Shown: piece after piece, positions 8,276-22,191 of the stretch
Numbering within the stretch: the first letter of the stretch is position 1
Layout of the letters: every line of letters starts with the position of its first letter
Origin: Azolla caroliniana
Taxonomy: Eukaryota > Plantae > Polypodiophyta
DNA length: 22,191 nucleotides
Direction of reading: 5' to 3'
Assembly (NCBI GenBank): GCA_043228905.1
Contig: JBHGNT010000507.1
Coordinates: forward strand, 1-22,191
Position numbers and translations under genes: made by a program
The notes under the pieces: generated by a model
What the model saw: only the letters and a program-made list of their open reading frames with translations
What the model was told of the DNA's origin: nothing
Database searches by the model: none

Positions 8276-11200
8276 ATGGCTTCCGCCATGGCACCTTCAT
8301 CCCTCTTCTCTTCTTCTTCTTCTGCCCTTTCGTTCCACCCTTACCTGCGTGTCTTTGGTTGCAGAAATACCCTCAGGATCGGCATTAGCAGACCAACCAT
8401 CTTTGTTGTAAATGCATTAGCCAAGCAACAACCATCTCGACAAAATACTGCGAAGCCGTCTTCTTCTTCGAAAAGACCTGCAGATCTCCAGAGAGGAGGA
8501 GGAGGAGGAGGAGGAAAAGGAGGAGGAGGAGATGATGATCGATATCGAAACAGGAATAGTAGCAATAAGAACGTTAGCAGTAGAAACCAGAATAGTCGTA
8601 GTAGTGGTAATAGTGATAGAGGTACTGCTGGCTATGGGTATGGCGGTGGTGGGAACGTAAAAAGAGAACAGAGCTTGAAACGAGAACAGTTATACAGAGG
8701 TGGAAGCAAAACCAGTAGAAATTATGTTGAAGAAGTAGTAGACGAAGAAGAAGAAGAAGAAGATGATGATGATGAAGATGACGATGATGACTACGACGAT
8801 GATATTGATGAAGATGACGATGATGAGGCATATGAGTTTGATCCTGAGTCTTTGCTTCTTCCTCGGCCACCTGCAGGATTCATCCTTGATAGAGATGGCA
8901 CCACTGTCTCTCTCATGGCTCCTCCGAATAAACGAATCACTACCATTGTAGGCTCTTTTCCAATATTTGCCTTCTCCATTACTGGTTATTCTGGTTCTGG
9001 TTGTTTTTTAACGTTATAAAATACAACGTTTGCTCGGCATTAGAGTTTTTACTTTTAATAGAATATTGTGTTTCATTATATTCGGGTTCACTGTGTTTAT
9101 GCTGTATTAGGTTTTTTACAGTGGCAAAGTCCAATTTTTGTATTACGGCATTTAGTGCTACGAAATGCTATGGTCGATCTGCTAGGGTTTTCACTGCCAC
9201 AAAAATGCCATATTAGTCCGATTAGGGTCTATTGCTAAGAAAAGTCTAGTGTTCAAATCTCTGTAAAGGTTTTAATGAAGTTTTTTTTACAGCTGTAAAA
9301 TACCATGTCTATTCTATGTAAGGATGGACTGTTACAAAATACCATTCAAAGACTTTGTTATGGTTCTGGATTAGGTTTTTACTGCTAACAAGCTTCCAGT
9401 GTTCAACTCTATGCAAAGGTTTGGATTGGGTTTTTACTGCTACAAAATTCCATTTTTATTCGAACCAAGGTTTAACTGTTAAATAATACCATGTTTATTA
9501 GATGTGGCTTACCTTCACAAATTACCTTCTTGGTCCTGTACTAAGATTTTTCAGTCACAAAATATCTTTGCAAAAGTGTCTGGATTAGGGTTTGTTGCTG
9601 CAAACGTTCTCATTATGGTTTTTATCACTACGAAAACTGCAGATTTCATTAGAGATTCTGGCCAGGATTTTTACTTTTTACAATCCATTCCTTTTTATTT
9701 ATCGCAGGTTGATCCTGCAACCAAATTGCCTCTGGATTGCCTCATAAGACGAGTTTTCTCGAGCATCGATGCCAGACAGTGCTTTCTTCTCTGCCCTCTT
9801 GACACGTGAGTCTATCTTAAATCCATTATTTTATACTATTGTGGAATTATTCCTGCCATATGTCATCTGGCGCTAAATGACTAAGATAATTCTCTGATGT
9901 TAATAACGATATGGATTATCTCAGTCCAGTGCAAATACTAAGAATCAATGGAGAAGATAAAGTTCTGAAGGAGGTTTGTATCATTCCCATCAGATGGTCA
10001 ACTCAATTGATTTATAATAAAAAATTAGTCTGAATGATTTCTCATCTAATGGATATTATTTCGTGATCCTTGTGGATATTACAGATTACAGATGAGGAGT
10101 TGGAGGACATTTTTCCTACTGCATCATACGAACTAGCAAAGAGGCGCCTGCATCTAACCTTTAGCGGGTAATTATGCTGATATCTTTCAAAGCATGATTT
10201 TGCATTATCAACTTTAAACTCTTATATTTGCTTACTAAAACAGTGTTTAAGGTAAGGCCATTCTTCCAATTACCAATAATGTGTTCACAATTACAAATCA
10301 ACAGGTGTTTGTTGTTTGTGTATCTTTCTAAGTGCTCAACTATGTATATGATCTACTATCCCCTGGGGAAATTGAACTTTATCCAAAAGCCTCAATCTTC
10401 TGAATGTGGTTGACATCCTCTCAATGTTGTTGCAATGAACCATGGGATTACAGACTTTCTCATTCAAACATGAATTTTCATAAATATTCAACATATAAGA
10501 GAGAAGTCATAACAAATAAACTTACGCAAATATATAGCATTACGAATATCACAAAAATATCTTTTATCCTTGTACGCTTCCTAGAAGAACTGTACTGGAT
10601 TGAAGAAAAGGTTTAGTCTAAGTCTTAATATATCGAGTCTTTTAGAGGAGAAACTGTGGTATTTAAATATATGAACATTCCTTGATCATCTAGAATTCCA
10701 AGTTTTGAAGGCTTTCAAATGTTTTCTAAAATAACTATGTAGTATGGGCCGCATGATGATTATGTAGACTATGCTTTGGTTTCCATTTCTTTCTTTGCTA
10801 TGTTTCCAAATGTTCAGGTCTTGAGGGCAAACTAGATATGTTTTGGGGTTGGGACATCTTCAATATACTATCAATTATTTTCTAAAATAAAATCTTTCTG
10901 CATAATAGATATCCAAAATGTTATAGAAGAGTTGTTTTTATTGAAATTGGACACAAGGAATGAGGGTTGCTAACTTGTTGCAATGACATGCAGCTATTGC
11001 TTGACTTTGCGAGGTGGCTTTTGTTACTCAGAGAACGATCTAATGGATGTTAATACAGGTTTTGCTACGCATGATGTCTCTTTACGTGAATTTCTTTGCA
11101 CAATTTTTATGCCAATATTTGTACATGTGAAATTTGAATCAACACTATGATGATTGTGTTTCAGTATATGGTGGAAGTGGTGACCACTCTTTACATGAAG

Positions 11201-11861
11201 GTGTTGAAGTCACTAGCTTCAGGATGGTATTGAATGTGTTCATCTTCATATATAATCAGTAAAGTACTAGAATGCAAGGAACTAAACAGGGGTATATCTG
11301 AGTTTGATCTCGTGTTTTTCAGAACGATTCTGAATATCTCGTTTACTCGCCCTTCGACCCACTTATGTTTGTAGCATATAAGGTAGAAACAAAAATTGTA
11401 TATCAAATTATTTTTCTTTGGAATTTGATGTCATTCATTACACTGGGTGAAAGGAGTGAAAATAAGTGTATCATGTCAATTCGCAATCTATTTGATATTG
11501 TTGTTACTGTGGTTCCATTGCAGGATGAGGATACAGGGGAGTTGATTATTGCTGATGATGTAAATATCTTAGCACTTTTACTATTCTGTTTTATAATGTA
11601 GAAAGTGCTTGTCAAAATCTATGTTTGAATCATCAATTCCTGGAGTCTCTACAGGATTTGCTGGAGGATGAAGCTGTCCTTGATGCAATCGATGAAGAAA
11701 AAGAATTCCAAGCATATGTGGTATGTTTCTCTGAAGGTATCTCACTCAGCTTTCTCTCAGGCAATAATGGCTAACTTCCTGGACTTTTTGTTCATCAGGA
11801 TGAGGAGATTGCAATGAAGGAAAGTTTAGATGAAGAAGCTGAGTTTGATGAAGATAATTAA
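8276..11861 (+). CDS. Predicted chloroplast-targeted DUF3727-like protein (cyanobacterial/plant family), 417 aa, 10 exons
   Basis: Exons 8276-8947, 9708-9805, 9925-9973, 10085-10167, 10994-11058, 11165-11226, 11323-11382, 11524-11559, 11655-11720 and 11799-11861; all GT-AG, phases compatible, 1254 nt. Ser-rich transit-peptide-like N-terminus (MASAMAPSSLFSSSSS), then Gly-rich and acidic tracts. Core LLCPLDTPVQIL...EELEDIFPTASYELAKRRLHL...LTLRG...YLVYSPFDPLMFVA recalled as DUF3727-like; the family name is less certain than the gene model. Confidence 0.85.
9100..9640. repeat. Degenerate tandem repeat in intron 1 of the DUF3727-like gene
   Basis: Recurrent GGATTAGG(G)TTTTTACTGCTACAAAA(T)ACCAT-like units near 9107, 9183, 9281, 9366, 9422 and 9579; AGTGTTCAA...AAAGGTTT near 9248 and 9398. 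Confidence 0.6.
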
Positions 11862-12076
11862 CAATTATTTGATGAGATGTATGGGTGTATGATATGCTGC
11901 TTAACATTGATCCTCTTGCAAGGAATTCGGACAATTGATGACATCTGGCAGATGTCAAAAACTTTGACAGCATTTTAAGAAAGCAATGGAGGGTTCCCCA
12001 TCATGCCAATGTGAAGCTAGCCTGTTATGGCTTGATACTCTGGAAATGTCTCAGATAGTTTGTCTATTCGACATTC

Positions 12077-12130
12077 TAACAAACATCAATAGCAGCATTT
12101 CAATAACAAACATCAATAGCAGCATTTCAA
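12077..12130. repeat. Perfect 27-bp tandem duplication TAACAAACATCAATAGCAGCATTTCAA
   Basis: Copies at 12077-12103 and 12104-12130. Confidence 0.9.
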
Positions 12131-13685
12131 GAAAGTTACACAGAATCAGTTCTTCATAAGTCCCATTCCTAAACTTCAAATGTCAATGATGGTTTCAGTT
12201 TCCAACATTTCAATAAACTGTTGTGATGGAAACAATGGAGGGCCCCTCATCATGTCTAATTCAAAGCCATGCTATTTTGGAACAGTGCAAACCATAGGCT
12301 TGTTGATAGTCTTGAAATGTTTCAGGCAATCTATTAGTACTTATGGTGGCTTCTTGTGTGATGAGTGTCTCTCAAAAAAATTGGTTAGATGCTTCAATTA
12401 TTCAATATACCGATTCATGAGTAACAATTTATCAATGCTCTCGTGGTCTTTCTCTCTATAAAAGAACTGGATAAAATAAGCTACACCATAATTAGGTACG
12501 TATGAAAACTACATGAATAACCAGATTGCAAAGATGAAGCTACGAAATTGGATTTTCAACACATCACATGTTCTTTTTCCATGTCAATCTCTAATTAGAT
12601 GCTGACATGCAAGTGGAGAACGGTCAAATACAAATACAAAAAATCCAAACCATTATCACCTACTTCCAGTTGGTCCTCCACAGAGCTTCAATAAAGATTA
12701 AGGAAGAACATTTTCAACTGATATAAACAAAGTTGTTCTGCCATAACTCTTCTGGTTTGAAGTAGTTTTCAACACATTAGATTGTTCTACACTTGGAAAT
12801 TCGTGATTATAAATAACAATGTCGCATGATAACCACTTGAGGGTTAATACAATCTCAATCTCTCTATGGATTGTCATTATAAACAAACGTGCACACACCA
12901 AACACTGATAACCTTACACAAGGATATCCTCATCAACCACTCAAGCTAACATATTTTTAAAGGAACAACATATTTAGTTAGCACCTTTTCTCAAGTGAAT
13001 GAACACCAATCCACAAATTAAACTAGTACAAAGCTCTACAGCAGAATAATTTGTGGTTACTTCACATAGAGCATAGCGTGAACATATATAAGTAAAATAC
13101 AGAAATCTGATAGTGCTGTCTTGATTCCAGAACTGTCAAAAGAATGATAAGTACACATGCAATATTAAACGTTTACACGTACACATTAGGCATTCAAAGC
13201 ATAAGAAAATTGTGCCATGTATGCCTTCAATCAATACAGTTTACATAAATGCATATACTCACATTATATCCATTTTCTGTCATTCTATCCCTCTTACTTG
13301 GTACATCATATAAAAACAGTATAAAATAATAAAAATACTGGAACCATCTTTCCTCACGTTCTTTCCTTCTGATTACATAAAGGCAGCAGACTAAATTTGT
13401 CCATCTTGTCCCTTATTTCTCTGGAATGTGAGGAAAAATATTTAGTCCATCAAGCTCCAGTAAATTTAAGAAAGAACCAAATACTATAATAGAGTGCATA
13501 TAAATTGACCTAGCACTTTCATCCAGCATTATGCGAGGCTTGGAAGAAGTACAAGAATACTTACTTGCAAAATAACTACAGATGCAAGAATATAGTGTCC
13601 TAAGCAGCTCTTAAACTTTTTTGAATATCTTCAACTGTATCCCAAGAATTATGACCACAAGTTGTTCTCATAAATTTTGATCTTC

Positions 13686-19284
<5,599 letters not shown>

Positions 19285-19303
19285 TATCACTAAATTCGAA
19301 GAC

Positions 19304-19312
19304 TTAGGGTTT
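19304..19312 (-). promoter_or_regulatory. Telo-box AAACCCTAA about 20 bp upstream of the Rab ATG; possible site II element (TGGGCT) at 19576-19581
   Basis: TTAGGGTTT on the + strand. The telo-box/site II pairing is a known feature of plant housekeeping promoters, but these motifs are short and can occur by chance. Confidence 0.4.
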
Positions 19313-22191
19313 CAGATCCGTCCGTTTGGGAGAGGATGCGCAGAGAAACCTCGATAACCCGAGGAGGTATCGATCTGAGTCTTATTTTGGTATTGTTGTG
19401 AACGATGGAAGAATGGTAACAAGAACCAAAAATACATAATTCATTCGTTTCATATTGGGTGGCATAATATGCAACAATAATAAGTTTTGCGTTTATTATA
19501 TGAACTTTGAAGTTTGAACCTTGTGTTGCCATTGGTTGGGGTCATCATGTCCGCAAGACCAGTAAGTTGGCCAGTTGGGCTCGGGCTCCACCACGGCCAT
19601 TCTGCTTCTTCCCGATAGATGGGTCTCGGTTTGTTTGGGATCTAATGAAGACATGTCTCGAGATTCAAGATAAGATGCATAGTGTGCAATAAAACCTAAC
19701 CATTTGCCGGTTTTTAGCCACCTTGCATTTGTGGAAGGAGTTTTCTGAGCAAGAACAAAAGCCATCAAATGTGATAGATCATTTAAGTATTTTGAGAAAC
19801 CATTCATGTCGCGAGCTTTAGAATGTTATTAGGCTATTAAACACAAAGATGTTTAGGACTATGTTCAACCCAATCATTCTTGAAACTAGGGTTGTGGTCT
19901 CTTCGATCTTTGGAAGTCCTTCCATGAAGATTTGAACTTCTATGGATTTGACTTTTCTAATTCATAAAACGCTACCTTATCTAATAAGTCGTACAACATA
20001 AGAGATTGCATGGTTCTTACGCATTATCCTTTTACCTTGATAATTTGAAGCCTTTCATATATTGTCACTTCGTTTATCAAGTGACTTCCAAACACTAAAA
20101 CTATAGTAATATATCATACTAGAGATTTGTATTCTTACGTCTAGGAAACAATGATCGTATAATTTCATACACTCAACAACTATTTAATGCCATCAAATAA
20201 TAATAAACTTGCAATATTATTACACTCCAAAGTTTAATGTTGATTCATAGCCATGAATCAACCTGTGTATCATGATCTACTATTCACCATTGCATTGATC
20301 GACTACATTTACTTTTGTATTCTAGAATATCATTCATTTATGGATGTAGTTCCCATTATTATTCATATATCATTAGCATTAGCCCAACATATTGTTAGTA
20401 GGTATAATAGTCTATTATACTTGTGTTTGTGTTTATATCAATAGTTCTTTCTTTCATTCGTTATTTGACATGTATATTCATGTGTGGGATGAAGGAGATT
20501 GAAAGACAAAACACTTCTGATTGTATTTAAGGAGTATATTAATCACACAAAGTTTTGGACATTTTTCCACGAAATGTCAACATTTTTTAGTATAAACTTG
20601 AGATTTTCTTGTCAAGGTTTTGCATATTAGCTAGATATAGTCATTTTGGGGAGAACGGTTCCATACAATGTTTCTTGTTGTCAATGTTGTACTTACAAAG
20701 TTTTGCATACCTACACTAGCACAATAAGGTGTAGGGCAATATAGTTCTATACAATATTTGACATATGCGAGGCTCTGTATACTCAGTAATGTGCTTTAGC
20801 AAGCAAGGCTTTGTGTAACTACCTATAACCCATCTTGACTCGGTGTATGATTTTATACAATGTTAAATGTTATTGAGATTCTACATCTGAAGTTTTGCAT
20901 GCTCACAAACATTCACATTGTTGAGCTCCTACATGTGAGGCTCGACATACCTAAGTTAGAAGATTACGGTTCCATACAATGCTCAACATTATTGAGCTTA
21001 TATAGATTACGTTTTTTTTATGTTTAACCATGTGTAATGGAATTAGGGATCATGTTTTCCCCAAACATTTAACATTATCAAGATATGCTCCACCAAGATG
21101 GCTTTTTCCGCCCCCCGTCGTGGAAGGACACTGCACGAGGGCTTCCGCTACTACACATGTTGATTGAACCCAATATATTTTATTATATGGATTCTTTGTA
21201 GCCTTTGGGCATCTTTTTGTTAATACCAAGGTGAATATTGACTTCTTCTTCGTGTTAAACACCTTTAACATTATCAAGTTAAGCTTTGACATACCTAACA
21301 ATGTATAATGGAGTTTGGAAAGTTATAGCATCCAATAGTGTTGAACAAGATCAAACTTCTGCATACTACTTGGGAAAGCAAGGAAGTAACCATGGTCCCC
21401 TAGTTGCAACACCCATAACCCTTGCACGCAAAATCGTTGTCCTCCGATGTGTAGGGAATCATAACACCAAGGTCGGTCTTATAAATCTAGCCCTTAATGT
21501 TTGAGGAACCACGATGCCAAATGTTGTAAAGACAAGCATTTGGTTTTCATCTAAGCAATGAATGTTAGCGCAAGTTTTTTGCTAATGCGTTGTGTGTGAG
21601 TGAGGACATTGCTATATTTTGTCTAGGTTTCAAGCTTATGCTAAAAGTTGAACCTCGCCACCAAATGCTTAGCCATTGATTAGTCCTAGTCTGTTTCTAA
21701 CAATAAGTTCTTCCCATTTTCAATCATAAATGTGAAACACGTGACGATTCAATTCTAGGGAGGAAATCATGTTGCCATATCAAGATTAACATTGCATAAC
21801 GTTATACTTGCCTTGTTGGGTCGAGTCACATCATACTTACATGGATGCACCGACATGATGGCCCTTCTCATTTGAGATTTTTAAGAGCCCTCTAGGATAA
21901 AGGTGACCACATTATGTCAGAGTATTGTCCTACACATCTAATGTGATCAACTTCAAAAATGATTTGGAGAAATTTGACTACCACAAGCCTTGACCACCCA
22001 ACCTTCGTCACAAATGCATAACTCAAGCAATTGAGGAGAGTGACATAAGTAAAGTAGATGATGTTTTATATATTCATACAACATGTTGCATTAGGGGAGG
22101 GGGGAATCACTAATCATTACTTTAAGTTGTATGCCATTCACAACTATAAGTTGTGATGTGTACATGCAAGCATCACTTGTTTGTAGTAGTT

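Noticed and set aside
19581-19589. TCGGGCTCC upstream of Rab matching the transposon motif
   Set aside because: A single 9-bp partial match, compatible with chance or with an ordinary site II-like GC box.
19290-21504. Scattered 60-100 aa ORFs upstream of Rab
   Set aside because: No recognisable domains or consistent exon chain; expected by chance in intergenic DNA.

Overview
Eukaryotic (land-plant) nuclear DNA with spliceosomal GT-AG introns. The left ~8.1 kb is an apparently intact Mutator-like (MULE) DNA transposon whose left end probably lies outside the window. It carries (i) a six-exon, 532-aa gene fusing a C2H2-type zinc finger to a ULP1/C48 SUMO-protease domain with an intact catalytic site, (ii) an intronless 969-aa DDE transposase with WRKY/GCM1-like, SWIM and C-terminal CxxC-CxxC modules plus an unexpected integrase-like HHCC-type segment near its N-terminus, and (iii) several tandem-repeat arrays, including two inverted arrays of the 12-mer GGAGCCCGACTC that bracket the transposase and share 19-22/32-bp (helically phased) spacing. 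The element ends about 180 bp upstream of a 10-exon host gene for a predicted plastid DUF3727-like protein (+). That gene converges on a 6-exon RabB/Rab2 GTPase gene (-), whose two large introns each hold a decayed 3' fragment of a non-LTR retrotransposon. The last ~2.7 kb is intergenic or degenerate repeat DNA. All gene models were spliced by hand and all domain calls are by motif recognition; no database searches were run.
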